This document shows positions 49,534-59,466 of a stretch of 64,000 nt of DNA, piece after piece. How positions within the stretch are numbered: position 1 is the first letter of the stretch; each line of letters begins with the position of its first letter. The stretch is from Opitutus sp. GAS368. Lineage in GTDB: Bacteria > Verrucomicrobiota > Verrucomicrobiia > Opitutales > Opitutaceae. Under the pieces are notes generated by a model. It did not search any database and had not been told where the DNA came from. It saw only the letters and a list, made by a program, of their open reading frames with translations. The stretch lies in the NCBI GenBank assembly GCA_945861645.1, contig CAMAVZ010000001.1, positions 1 to 64,000 on the forward strand, read 5' to 3'. The position numbers and the translations under genes were made by a program.

Positions 49534-51324
49534 TTAAAAAGCCCAGACACGTGGAATCACATACATGGCGACGAGAAAGCAGATGAGGTTGAGTGGGACC
49601 CCAATTTTGATAAAGTCGCTGAAGCGATATCCGCCGATGCCATAAACATAGGTGTTGGTTTGGTAGCCAATGGGGGTCGCAAAAGCGGCGGAAGCAGCGA
49701 AGGTAATGGCGATGATAAAGGGTCGTGGATCAAGGCCCGCGGCTGCCGCAAGTCCTAGCGCGATGGGGGCCATGAGGGCGGCGATCGCGGTGTTGGAAAG
49801 CACTTCGGTGAGCAGCATCGTTACGAGGTAAAGGCAGGCCAGTAGGGCTAGTGGTTTATATGGACCTGCGACGACATGATCGGTGCCGGACACGATTATC
49901 TGGGCGAGCCAAGCGGCCGCGCCGGTGTGTTGCATGGCCGCACCAAGAGCGAGTAGGCCAAAAATAACAAAGAGCAGATTCCATTCGATCGCCGCATACG
50001 CTTCGCGAGTTTTCAGGCAGCCGCAGAGGCACATTAAAACGCAGCCAGTGATGGCGCCGATCTCGATGGGGATTAGGCCAAAAGTTTCGGCGAGAACTAC
50101 ACTGGCAATGGTAGCGATGACGAGGGGGATGCGTCGGTGGAGAGAGAAGGAAGGCAGTGGTGGCCGGTCAAAGAGGATCAGATCATCCCCTTGGCGTAGG
50201 CTATTGATGGCCTGCTCCGTGCCCATCATGAGGAGAATATCGCCGATCGCGAGGGGCAGGGAGGCAACATCATGGCGGACATTTTGTCCACCCCGATGGA
50301 TGGCAAGGACGACGACGCGGAAGCGTTGGCGAAAATTAAGTTCGCCGATACTGCGACCGATTAATTCTGAATTGGGCGCTACGGCTCCTTCAAAGATGAC
50401 GCCTTCGTGGGCGGTAATTTGTTCGAGTCCAGCCTCAGCGGTAAAATCAAAGCCTGGCATCGCACGGGCGCGGGCGATCCCTGAGGGCCGGCAGGATAAC
50501 ACCATGCGATCGCTGACGCAGAGTGGGGTGGTGTCAGGGTCCATCGTGATGGCGACTCCGTCGCGGACGACCTCAATGACTCGGAAGCCGCGGGTGCTGA
50601 TCAGACCAGCGGCTTTCAGGCTTTTACCGATGAGGGGAGACTTTAATGGGACAAAGGCTTCGGTGAGATATTCGCGACGTTCTTCTTCGGAGAGAATCGA
50701 GGTAAGCATTTCACGCGCGGGCAGGAGACGTTTGCCGGCTAGGGCGAGATAGAGCGCGCCGATGGCCGCGGCGGGGATGCCCACCCAGGCGAGTTCGAAC
50801 ATGCGCAGGCCGGGTTCACCCCGATCGAGCAGGATGCCGTTAACTACGAGATTAGTGCTGGTGCCGATGAGGGTGCAGGTGCCGCCGAGCACGGAGGCAT
50901 AGGACAGGGGGATCAGGAATTTTGAAGCCGGCAGGTTCATCTTACGGGCCAAGGCCAGCACCACGGGAACAAAAACGACGACTACCGGGGTGTTATTGAT
51001 CCAGGCAGAGATGAAGGCCACCGTGACCACCAAGAGAAAAATAACCAACGGGTAGGGCAGCGTGGCTGTTCGGCTAAACCAGCTGGTGAGGTAGTCGACC
51101 GCCCCGCATTTAACCAAAGCGGCGCTCAGCACGAACATCGCCGCCACCGTGATCGCAGCGGGATTCGCGAAAACCGCCATGGCCTTCTCCCGCGGCAGCA
51201 CACTAGAAAGCAATAGGGTGCTAAAGACACTCAGGGCGATGATGTCGGGGGGGTATTTTTCCCAGATAAAGGCCAGCAGCGTCAATAAAAGCAGGCCGAG
51301 AACAAAGGCGATTTCCCAAGTCAT
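49534..51324 (-). CDS. SLC13/DASS-family permease with TrkA-C domains
   Basis: [34 protein letters not shown]; central soluble repeats. Confidence 0.9.
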   Translation of the reverse strand: MTWEIAFVLGLLLLTLLAFIWEKYPPDIIALSVFSTLLLSSVLPREKAMAVFANPAAITVAAMFVLSAALVKCGAVDYLTSWFSRTATLPYPLVIFLLVVTVAFISAWINNTPVVVVFVPVVLALARKMNLPASKFLIPLSYASVLGGTCTLIGTSTNLVVNGILLDRGEPGLRMFELAWVGIPAAAIGALYLALAGKRLLPAREMLTSILSEEERREYLTEAFVPLKSPLIGKSLKAAGLISTRGFRVIEVVRDGVAITMDPDTTPLCVSDRMVLSCRPSGIARARAMPGFDFTAEAGLEQITAHEGVIFEGAVAPNSELIGRSIGELNFRQRFRVVVLAIHRGGQNVRHDVASLPLAIGDILLMMGTEQAINSLRQGDDLILFDRPPLPSFSLHRRIPLVIATIASVVLAETFGLIPIEIGAITGCVLMCLCGCLKTREAYAAIEWNLLFVIFGLLALGAAMQHTGAAAWLAQIIVSGTDHVVAGPYKPLALLACLYLVTMLLTEVLSNTAIAALMAPIALGLAAAAGLDPRPFIIAITFAASAAFATPIGYQTNTYVYGIGGYRFSDFIKIGVPLNLICFLVAMYVIPRVWAF

Positions 51325-51525
51325 GAACTAATCGTTTAAATGATTGCGCGAGGCCCGCCGAGGGTAAATTACCGCGGCCGACAGACTTTCGTAAGGCGCG
51401 CGGGAATCTGTTTTTTGCAATAACCCATAGATATATTCTCTGTTTACTTTTACTCTAACATAAGTAAAGTTATTATGATTAACCGATCTAGTTAGGTAAG
51501 CTATTATTTTCACCCTTCCTCGACG

Positions 51526-52509
51526 ATGGCCAAAATCTACCACGACATCACTGAAACGATCGGCAACACCCCGCTTGTGCGTCTTAATCGCACGGCCGCA
51601 GCCCACGGGGCCGCAGCGGATATCCTGCTTAAGCTAGAATTTTTTAATCCACTTTCCAGCGTTAAGGACCGCATCGGGTTCGCGATGATTGAGGATGCGC
51701 TGAAGTCAGGGAAAATTAACAAGGACACTGTCCTGATTGAACCGACCAGCGGCAACACCGGGATTGCGCTGGCCTTTGTCGCGGCCGCCAAGGGGCTCAA
51801 GCTCATCCTGACCATGCCGGAGACGATGAGTAGCGAGCGTCGCAAGCTGCTCAAAATCCTCGGCGCCCGGCTCATTCTCACGGAGGGGCCCAAGGGGATG
51901 AAGGGGGCTATTGCCAAAGCCGAAGAGTTGGCCGCAAAAATCCCTGGAGGAGTTATTTTGCAGCAATTTGCTAATCCTGCTAACCCAGCGGCGCACCGCC
52001 AGACGACCGCCGAGGAAATTTGGCGAGATACGGATGGCCAGGTTGACTTTGTCGTCTCGGGCATTGGCACCGGTGGTACCATTACGGGAATCGGTGAGGT
52101 GCTTAAGGGGCGCAAAGCGGGGGTAAAAATTGTGGCGGTGGAGCCGGATGCTTCCCCGGTGCTTTCCGGTGGCGCGCCGGGTCCACATAAATTGCAAGGC
52201 ATTGGCGCCGGCTTTGTGCCCGCGGTACTGAATACCAAAATTTACGATGAGATTATCCGCGTGAAGGAGGCTGATTCGGGTCCGGTGTCGAAGCAGGTTA
52301 ATCAGCTCGACGGCATCCCCATCGGCATTTCTTCGGGGGCGGCGGTCTGGGCCGCCATTCAGCTCGCCAAGCGGCCCGAAAATAAGGGCAAGCAAATCGT
52401 CGTGATTATTGCTTCGAGCAGCGAACGCTATTTATCCACTTGGCTGTTTGCTGATATCAGCGTCGAGAGTGACTCGATCGACGATCTGCTGGCGCCAGCG
52501 GGCAGCTGA
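51526..52509 (+). CDS. cysK: Cysteine synthase A
   Basis: SVKDR PLP lysine, [26 protein letters not shown]. Confidence 0.96.
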   Translation: MAKIYHDITETIGNTPLVRLNRTAAAHGAAADILLKLEFFNPLSSVKDRIGFAMIEDALKSGKINKDTVLIEPTSGNTGIALAFVAAAKGLKLILTMPETMSSERRKLLKILGARLILTEGPKGMKGAIAKAEELAAKIPGGVILQQFANPANPAAHRQTTAEEIWRDTDGQVDFVVSGIGTGGTITGIGEVLKGRKAGVKIVAVEPDASPVLSGGAPGPHKLQGIGAGFVPAVLNTKIYDEIIRVKEADSGPVSKQVNQLDGIPIGISSGAAVWAAIQLAKRPENKGKQIVVIIASSSERYLSTWLFADISVESDSIDDLLAPAGS

Positions 52510-52557
52510 TCCGTCAGCGCTTAAAATTTAGTTCTACCCAACACGCGTGGCGAGCGG

Positions 52558-53358
52558 TTAGGCGCGTCCCTGCTGGACGGCGGGCTTCGCGTCCGCTTGA
52601 AACCATCGGTAGAAGCTGACGCCGAAAGCGATCATGGCGACGGACATCCCGATGAGTTTCATCATGGCACCAGCCAACAGTTGATCAGCGGCGGCGGTCA
52701 GGCTTGTAATGCGCGGGGCATATTCATAGGTGGGGTAGAGCACGTCGGAAGAAAACATGATGTAAGCAAATACGGGCGTCATCGCGATGACGACAGCCAC
52801 GAGGTAAAGCATCTGCCAAGCATAGCTGGCGGGCGGAAATTCTTTTGAAGGACTGAGCAGCGGCCACCAATAAAAGAGCGCAGCGCTGAACATCGTAAAA
52901 TGCTCGGCAATGTGGATCGCGCGGTTTTGCAGGGCCCAGTCGTAGAGTAAGGGCAGGTGCCAGCCAGAATACACGGCCGTGTAGATGCCGCCGCAGACCA
53001 GGGGATGGGTGAGAATTTTGAGCGGCCCTTGGAGCCTCGCTTGACTGGTGAGGGGACGGACCATCCAGTCAGGCAAGCCGCTCAAAAATAAGATGGCGGC
53101 CGGGTAGATCAAGATTTGGTGCTGCAGCATGTGCGCGCTGAATAAAAAGCGTTCAGCGATCTGATCGAGCGGGGAGCCAACCCCGAGATAAAAACATAAT
53201 AATGCCGCGTAAAACTTGAGCGCGGGGCGGCGGGGATAAGGCGTTCCGGGCGCGAGTCGCTCACGCCATGGCCCCGCGAGAATCGTATAAAGCCAGCCTA
53301 GGAAAATAAGCCCGCCAATGAGGAACGGCTCATTGTGCCAATGGGTCCAGTCGATCAT
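52558..53358 (-). CDS. ctaG: caa3-type cytochrome oxidase assembly factor CtaG
   Basis: SPLD, FSAHMLQH, WHLP.LY, HIAEH, DQLLAG; in oxidase cluster. Confidence 0.85.
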   Translation of the reverse strand: MIDWTHWHNEPFLIGGLIFLGWLYTILAGPWRERLAPGTPYPRRPALKFYAALLCFYLGVGSPLDQIAERFLFSAHMLQHQILIYPAAILFLSGLPDWMVRPLTSQARLQGPLKILTHPLVCGGIYTAVYSGWHLPLLYDWALQNRAIHIAEHFTMFSAALFYWWPLLSPSKEFPPASYAWQMLYLVAVVIAMTPVFAYIMFSSDVLYPTYEYAPRITSLTAAADQLLAGAMMKLIGMSVAMIAFGVSFYRWFQADAKPAVQQGRA

Positions 53359-53454
53359 AGCTGCTAATCTATATTAACGCGTAGCGGAATGGCCACCAAA
53401 AGCGGGCAAAACGGCCGCAGTATTTTGCGCGGAATTTGGCGGCCCGAGTAAAAT

Positions 53455-53482
53455 AAAAAAGCCGCGCGGGGTGGCGCGGCTT
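53455..53482 (-). terminator. Terminator after oxidase subunit IV gene
   Basis: A-tract then AAGCCGCGC-GGGGTG-GCGCGGCTT. Confidence 0.75.
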
Positions 53483-53503
53483 AGATTCCACTTTGAGTCT
53501 GGT

Positions 53504-53869
53504 TTAACCGAGCGTGGTGCGAGTGTAGGTTAGCGCGGCGGCCGTCAGCGGTTTGCCGGCCTCAGAGGCAAACAGCTCCATGAGGGCAAACATGGTGAAA
53601 CCCGCGAGCACGAGTCCGATGAAAAACAGGATCGTGCAGAATACTTTATCCCAGCGCAGGTGCATGAAGTAAAAGATAACGAACATGAACTTCACCGTGG
53701 AGAGCCCAATGAGCGTCGTAACAACCAGCCACTTTGCGATCGGAAGGTAGATCAGCACGACCTCGATGCCGGTAATAACCGCCAGAATCATCGCGATCTG
53801 GATATAGAAATGAAATTTGCTCGGCTCGTGGTGGCCGGCGGCAAGGGCGGGAGCAGTGGGTGCGGACAT
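53504..53869 (-). CDS. ctaF: Cytochrome c oxidase subunit IV
   Basis: LAVITGIEV, KF..V..YFMHL; 3 TM segments. Confidence 0.85.
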   Translation of the reverse strand: MSAPTAPALAAGHHEPSKFHFYIQIAMILAVITGIEVVLIYLPIAKWLVVTTLIGLSTVKFMFVIFYFMHLRWDKVFCTILFFIGLVLAGFTMFALMELFASEAGKPLTAAALTYTRTTLG

Positions 53870-53906
53870 GGGCGGTAGAGCGAAGAGTTAAGAGCTGAGC
53901 TTAGGC

Positions 53907-54743
53907 TCAGAGGTACTCGAGAAGATAGACGGCGGTAAAAATGATAATCCAGACGATATCGACGAAATGCCAGTAGAGGCCGATGGCTTCAACATCGATG
54001 GCGTTTTTTTCGCCGAACTCCACCGCTGGATCGCTCGTACGGGCAAACCAAACGAGGGCCGCGCACGCGAGGGCCCCGAGGAGGAGGGGCTTGGCATCAT
54101 GGCTGAGCATGGCGCGGAGGCTCTCGCCCTCGATTACTTCCAGTAGACCGGGGACAAAGAAAAGAAACGCCACGCCTGCCGCTACTGCGAAGGCTAACAA
54201 GTGGAGGAAATTTCGGCCCAAGCCGCCGCCGTGAGTTGGCTTAAAGGTCCGCACATACATCATGCCCAGTAAGAGTACGCCGATTGCAACGTGGGTGCCG
54301 TGGGTGCCGGTGAGGGTGTAGAAAGTGGAGCCGAAAATGCTGTTCGATAGGGTCATTTTCTTGTCCTGCACGAAGTGGGCGAACTCAAACACTTGGCCGC
54401 CGAGGAAGATACAGCCGAAGAAGATCGTGCCGAGGAGCATCGTGCGGGTGCTCTTCACGTTACCCTTCTGGATGGCATTCACCGCGAGAGCCATGAGGAG
54501 CGACGACATCAGCAAGATGAACGTCGAGAAAGACGTTAGCTCGATATCGAAAATCTGGGTCGGGATCGCATTCCCTGGGGGCGGGTTGAGGCGGTAGACG
54601 AGATGTGCCGAGATCAGCGCGCCGAAAAACATGCAGTCCGAAGCGAGGAAGGCCCACCAAAGGAGCTTCTTGTTCGGAATACCGGTGGCGGTCGTGTGAT
54701 CGTGATGGTGGTCGAGGTGACCGTTAGCCGCAGGACTGCTCAT
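53907..54743 (-). CDS. ctaE: Cytochrome c oxidase subunit III (with insertion)
   Basis: FLASDCMFF, ILLMSS, GQVFEF, TGTHGTHV, YWHFVD.VW. Confidence 0.9.
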   Translation of the reverse strand: MSSPAANGHLDHHHDHTTATGIPNKKLLWWAFLASDCMFFGALISAHLVYRLNPPPGNAIPTQIFDIELTSFSTFILLMSSLLMALAVNAIQKGNVKSTRTMLLGTIFFGCIFLGGQVFEFAHFVQDKKMTLSNSIFGSTFYTLTGTHGTHVAIGVLLLGMMYVRTFKPTHGGGLGRNFLHLLAFAVAAGVAFLFFVPGLLEVIEGESLRAMLSHDAKPLLLGALACAALVWFARTSDPAVEFGEKNAIDVEAIGLYWHFVDIVWIIIFTAVYLLEYL

Positions 54744-54761
54744 GAGATAGTTCGGTAAAGC

Positions 54762-56768
54762 TCAGTGGTGATCGCCGCGGGACTCGGTAACTTTGCCTTC
54801 TGCGTCGATATGAAGATGGTAGCCGCCGGGACCTTCGAGGGCCCACAGATAGCAGGCGGCGACCATGAGGCCGAGGCCGGTGATGGCGAGGGGTAGGTGC
54901 GAAGCGAGGACTTGCTGGCCGAACATCGTCACGGGGTAATGGAGTTGGGCCAAATTGTACGCCCCCACCAGCAGGCCGATGGCTGCGAATAAGGGGTACC
55001 ACGATTGGTCCGGCATATGGATGCCCCCGCGCGATTCCTCGGCCTTGATATGCGCCGCCTTTTCTTGAGCGATCTCTTCTTTATGTGTTTTCTCATACCA
55101 CCAGGCATCGCGAGCGTGGACGGTAGGAATGGCGGCGAAATTATGCTCAGGGGGCGGCGAAGGAATGGACCATTCCAAGGTGCGGGCATCCCAAGGATCG
55201 TTGCCGCATTTCTCGCCTTTGAAGTAGGACCAAACTAACACGGCAAAATAGGTAAACATACCAAGGCCCAGCAGATAGGCACCGTACGTGGCGAAGAGGT
55301 TCCCCTCGTTCCAGCCCATATTAGAATCATAGGTCCAAGTCCGGCGCGGCATGCCGTTCAAGCCCAAGAAATGCATCGGGAAGAAGGTCGCGTTGAAGCC
55401 GACAAAGATAATCCAGAAGGAAACTTTACCCCAGAACTCCGGCACCATGCGGCCGAAGAATTTTGGAAACCAGAAATGAATGGCCGCCAGCAGAGCGAAG
55501 GTCGCCCCGCCGATGAGGACGTAGTGAAAGTGAGCGATAACAAAGTAACTGTCTTGCTGTTGGGCATCAGCCGGAGCCGCGGAATGCATGATGCCTGAGA
55601 GCCCGCCCATCATGAACATCCAGATAAAGCCGAGGGCGAACATCATGGGCACGCGGGTGACAATCCGGCCACCCCAGAGGGTCCCGATCCAGTTGAATAC
55701 TTTTACGCCGGTCGGCACCGCGATCGCCATCGTCGCCAGCGCGAAGGCGGCCGTGGCCACCGTCCCAAGCCCGGTGGTGAACATATGGTGACTCCATACA
55801 CCGAAACCGATGAAGCCGATGGCGACGCCCGAGAATACCACGATGGGATAACCAAAGAGTGGTTTACGCGCAAAGGTGGGGAGAATTTCTGAAACATAGC
55901 CCATCGGGGGCAGAATCAGAATATAGACCTCAGGGTGACCGAAGACCCAGAAGAGATGCTGCCACAGGATGGGTTGACCGCCGCCGGAGACCTCAAAGAA
56001 ATTGGTCCCGAAGTTGCGATCAAACATCACCATGACGAGCGCGATGGCGATCGCCGGCAGGGCGAGCACTAGGAGGAAGCTCGTAACCAAGGCCATCCAG
56101 GTGAATACGGGCAAGCGCATCATCGTGAGGCCGGGCGCCCGTAAGTTGATGATCGTGACGATAAAATTCAGTGAGGCCACGATGGAGGAAATGCCTAGGA
56201 CCTGAATACCGAGCACCCAAAAATCGGTCGAGAGATCAGGGGTGAAGCTCTTAGAGGTCAGCGGTGCGTAGCCGAACCAGCCAACATCAGGAGCGCCGCC
56301 AAAATTCCAGCTCGGCACGAAGTGAGAAATCCAGCCGACATTGAGCAAAATGGCCCCGACGACCCAGACCCAGAGGGAAAAAGAGTTGAGGCGGGGAAAC
56401 GCGACATCGCGTGCGCCCACCTGGATGGGGATGAGTAAATTGAAAAACGCCGCATTGAGGGGCATGACCGCGAGGAAGATCATCGTGGTGCCGTGCATCG
56501 TGAACAACTCACTATAGAGTTGGGCGCTGATGAAGCGATTATTTGGCACCATGAGTTGGGTGCGGATCATCAGGGCTTCGATTCCGCCGATGAGGAAAAA
56601 TAAAATGGCGAAGCCGCCATAGAGCATGCCGATCTTTTTGTGGTCGACGGTCGTCAGCCAGCTGACGAGGCCCGTTTTTGCGGTCGGGCGCGGGAAAAGA
56701 GCAAAGGTGGTAGCCGGCTGAGCTATTGCTTGGCCGGTGTAACCGGACTGGGTGATGACTTTTGCCAT
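54762..56768 (-). CDS. ctaD: Cytochrome c oxidase subunit I, A1 type
   Basis: DHKKIG, TMHG, GHPEVY, WSHHMF, AHFHY, GMPRR; two extra C-terminal helices. Confidence 0.96.
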   Translation of the reverse strand: MAKVITQSGYTGQAIAQPATTFALFPRPTAKTGLVSWLTTVDHKKIGMLYGGFAILFFLIGGIEALMIRTQLMVPNNRFISAQLYSELFTMHGTTMIFLAVMPLNAAFFNLLIPIQVGARDVAFPRLNSFSLWVWVVGAILLNVGWISHFVPSWNFGGAPDVGWFGYAPLTSKSFTPDLSTDFWVLGIQVLGISSIVASLNFIVTIINLRAPGLTMMRLPVFTWMALVTSFLLVLALPAIAIALVMVMFDRNFGTNFFEVSGGGQPILWQHLFWVFGHPEVYILILPPMGYVSEILPTFARKPLFGYPIVVFSGVAIGFIGFGVWSHHMFTTGLGTVATAAFALATMAIAVPTGVKVFNWIGTLWGGRIVTRVPMMFALGFIWMFMMGGLSGIMHSAAPADAQQQDSYFVIAHFHYVLIGGATFALLAAIHFWFPKFFGRMVPEFWGKVSFWIIFVGFNATFFPMHFLGLNGMPRRTWTYDSNMGWNEGNLFATYGAYLLGLGMFTYFAVLVWSYFKGEKCGNDPWDARTLEWSIPSPPPEHNFAAIPTVHARDAWWYEKTHKEEIAQEKAAHIKAEESRGGIHMPDQSWYPLFAAIGLLVGAYNLAQLHYPVTMFGQQVLASHLPLAITGLGLMVAACYLWALEGPGGYHLHIDAEGKVTESRGDHH

Positions 56769-56855
56769 AAAATTGGAAGTGAAGACGATGGAGAGAGGCA
56801 GTGTGGACTGGTTCGGCGAGGAGCGCGGGCGCGGGTTAGCGCGGCGCTGCGGCAA

Positions 56856-58151
56856 TTATTTTAGGCTGTGCAGATAAGCGACGAGGGCGTCGATTTCTTG
56901 ATCATTCATGGTGAAGTTTAGCTTCCAATTATCGCCGTCTTTTACTTTGTAGCCACCAAACCACATCTTGTTGCCGGGCTTAAAGTGATTGGGGTTTTTA
57001 ATCCAAGCGTGCATTCGCTCGTGGGTGTTTTCCAACACGCCAGCGGCGATCGTGGAGCGGGCGCCGACGCGCGTCAGGTCGGGGCCGCTGATGCCGACGC
57101 CTTCATGGCCACGGATATTGTGACAGCTGACGCAAGTTTTGGCGGCAAACAACTGGCGGCCGGTCGCAATCAATTGGGCATTTTCACCGGCTTCAGGATG
57201 CTGCATTTCCCGCCAGGCGTTGAGGGGATCGGCATCGAAGGCTGGGGAGGCCGAAAGCGCTTCGCCGGGATTACGTTTCATGGCCGCAAATTGCACACGG
57301 GCGCTGCGATCCACGGCGTCGGCTAACACCGCTGGCGTAACCGTGCGCGCTGGGGCTTTTTGATTCTCCAGCCATTGGGCATAGTCGCGAGGCGACAGGG
57401 CGATGACGCGGAAACGCATGATGGCATGCGATTCACCACAAAATTCAGCGCATTGACCGTAAAAGTAGCCTGGCTGATCAGCTTTAAACCAAAGAAAATT
57501 TGCTCGGTTCGGCATCATGTCGACTTTTCCGGCAAGCTTGGGTATCCAAAAACTATGAATTACATCAATGGTGCGCAGCTGGACCCGAATGGGGATGCCA
57601 GCGGGGACCACCAGTTCGTTGCCCGTCACTAAGGGGGCTTCCCCGCCGTTGGGTAGCTTCACAAGCTCTGAGGGATACTCAAATTTGAACCACCATTGAT
57701 TACCCGTGGCGACGACTTCCATGGCGTTACCCTTCTCGTCTTCCGGCACATCGTGCGTGTACCAGATATCCCGCAAGGTGGGGATGGCGATGATGATTAA
57801 CAAAGCGACCGAAGCGGCGATTAAGCCGATTTCTACCAAAGGATTGCCGTGCGCCTCAGGCGGTGGCTCGGCATGCTCATCGGACTCCGAGCGAGCGCGA
57901 AACTTGATCTGGGCGTAGGCCAAAATCGCGCCGACCACGATGAAGATGAAGGTGCAGACGTAAACCGTGACCATGAACAAATCCCATTGCGCTTTGGCCA
58001 CGGGGCCGGCGGTGAGCATGGTGGACTGATTGCCGCTTAGGGAAAAAACATCCGCCAGCTTGCAGCTGGACAAAAGCACTAGGCCAAGCCCAGCGACTAA
58101 GGCGCGAGTTGCGCGCGAAAAAGGGCGATGATCGAAGCGGATGCGGGTCAT
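56856..58151 (-). CDS. ctaC: Cytochrome c oxidase subunit II with fused cytochrome c (caa3 type), lipoprotein
   Basis: LLSSC lipobox, DVIHSFW, CAEFCGESHAIM CuA site, CVSCH heme motif, KPGNKM. Confidence 0.95.
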   Translation of the reverse strand: MTRIRFDHRPFSRATRALVAGLGLVLLSSCKLADVFSLSGNQSTMLTAGPVAKAQWDLFMVTVYVCTFIFIVVGAILAYAQIKFRARSESDEHAEPPPEAHGNPLVEIGLIAASVALLIIIAIPTLRDIWYTHDVPEDEKGNAMEVVATGNQWWFKFEYPSELVKLPNGGEAPLVTGNELVVPAGIPIRVQLRTIDVIHSFWIPKLAGKVDMMPNRANFLWFKADQPGYFYGQCAEFCGESHAIMRFRVIALSPRDYAQWLENQKAPARTVTPAVLADAVDRSARVQFAAMKRNPGEALSASPAFDADPLNAWREMQHPEAGENAQLIATGRQLFAAKTCVSCHNIRGHEGVGISGPDLTRVGARSTIAAGVLENTHERMHAWIKNPNHFKPGNKMWFGGYKVKDGDNWKLNFTMNDQEIDALVAYLHSLK

Positions 58152-58315
58152 GTATAACGGTGATGTTCGCAGCGGGAGGCGCTGGGGCAATAGTATCGGT
58201 ATAACCTCAGCAAATAATCAGTCATTTCAACTATAAAACCACCGCGAGATATGCGCTATCTGCTCCCGCTGGAGATATTATCTACGCAGGGGAAGGTATT
58301 AGATATTTAGCAACC

Positions 58316-58357
58316 TTGACCTGCGTCATTGCGCTCCCGCGGGCGGTGTGTAATAAT
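58316..58357 (+). promoter_or_regulatory. Candidate FNR/CRP-family site plus -10 element upstream of azurin
   Basis: TTGAC-CTGC-GTCAT (58316-29) and TGTGTAATAAT (58347-57). Confidence 0.5.
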
Positions 58358-58366
58358 CGGATTCCC

Positions 58367-58855
58367 ATGAAAACTCATCTCCTCCTCCCTCTCTTGGCTG
58401 CCAGCTTGATGCTGGTGGGCTGCGGTCAAAAAAATGAATCAGCGGCCCTCGTGGCAAGCGCACCCGTACCGGCGGGCGCATCGTTTGAGCTGACGGCTAA
58501 CGATTCGATGAAATTTAACCTCGCCCGTCTCGAGGTCACGGCGGGTCAGGATGTAACGGTCAGCCTAACTAACATGGGTAATATGCCTAAGGTGGCCATG
58601 GGCCATAATTGGGTTCTGCTTAAAAAAGAGGCAGACATTAAAGCCTTCAACGACGCTGCTATCATGGCGGCCGCCACCGACTACGTTCCGGCTGCCTTGG
58701 TCAGCCAAGTGATTGCCCACACCAAATTGCTTGGGCCCAAGCAGAGCGACGAAGTTAAGTTCAAGGCCCCCACGGAACCAGGCGAATATGTCTACCTCTG
58801 CACTTTTCCGGCCCATTATCTCTCGGGCATGAAAGGCGTGCTGGTCGTTAAGTAA
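58367..58855 (+). CDS. Azurin-family blue copper lipoprotein
   Basis: LVGC lipobox, NDSMKFN, MGHNWV, CTFPAH...M type-1 Cu ligands. Confidence 0.9.
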   Translation: MKTHLLLPLLAASLMLVGCGQKNESAALVASAPVPAGASFELTANDSMKFNLARLEVTAGQDVTVSLTNMGNMPKVAMGHNWVLLKKEADIKAFNDAAIMAAATDYVPAALVSQVIAHTKLLGPKQSDEVKFKAPTEPGEYVYLCTFPAHYLSGMKGVLVVK

Positions 58856-58899
58856 CATTTTTGTTGGTGCGCCTGCTGAGAGCGGGCGGCGATTTATGC

Positions 58900-58927
58900 A
58901 AAAGCCGAGCGAAAGCTCGGCTTTTTT
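58900..58927. terminator. Bidirectional intrinsic terminator between azurin and DUF420 genes
   Basis: AAAAGCCGAGC-GAAA-GCTCGGCTTTTTT. Confidence 0.9.
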
Positions 58928-58981
58928 GTTGGGATGAACGGCGGGACGGGGCCGCGCGTCTTTTTTTACGACTACCGCGAT

Positions 58982-59425
58982 TTAGGCCGCGGGGGCGCTT
59001 GGCCACCAGATATAGAGAAAAAAGTAGACGAGCACGCCTGTCACCGAGACATAGTACCAGATGGGAAAGGTGAATTTAGCCCAGTGTTTATGGGTTTCGA
59101 AATCACCTTTGATGGCAAAAAGAAAGGTGCGGGGCACCAGGTACGCAATCGAGATAGCGAGGATGATGTGCGAAATCAGCATCGTATAATAGAAGGCGCG
59201 GAGCGCGGGGCTTTCACCGCCAAAGGGCGTGTGGACGCCTTGCATAAGGATCTTGTGCGTCACGTAACCCACTAGAAAAATAGCCGAAACAAATCCTGCG
59301 GTGAGCATGCTGGCGCGGTGCGCTTCACGTTTGCCTTGTTTGATGAAAATAAAGCCGAGCGTAATTAGCACGGTGGCGGTGGCATTAAGCGCCGCATTCA
59401 GGGTTGGAATGTCTTGAATTGTCAT
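58982..59425 (-). CDS. DUF420 (CtaM-like) membrane protein
   Basis: PTLNAALN, HRASM, LISHIILA, PIWYYVSVTGVLVY. Confidence 0.88.
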   Translation of the reverse strand: MTIQDIPTLNAALNATATVLITLGFIFIKQGKREAHRASMLTAGFVSAIFLVGYVTHKILMQGVHTPFGGESPALRAFYYTMLISHIILAISIAYLVPRTFLFAIKGDFETHKHWAKFTFPIWYYVSVTGVLVYFFLYIWWPSAPAA

Positions 59426-59466
59426 AGGGGGAAATAATCCAACGCAGCGCCCGCTGGTTAGGTCAA

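Noticed and set aside
51453-51480. dif-like 28-mer on minus strand (AATCATAATAA-CTTTAC-TTATGTTAGAG)
   Set aside because: XerD arm deviates at its end, the site sits in a promoter, and GGGNAGGG octamers I spotted stay on the plus strand on both sides (near 27.1, 36.1, 42.1, 50.2, 59.9, 62.5 kb), so no polarity switch. A genome-wide skew plot would settle it.
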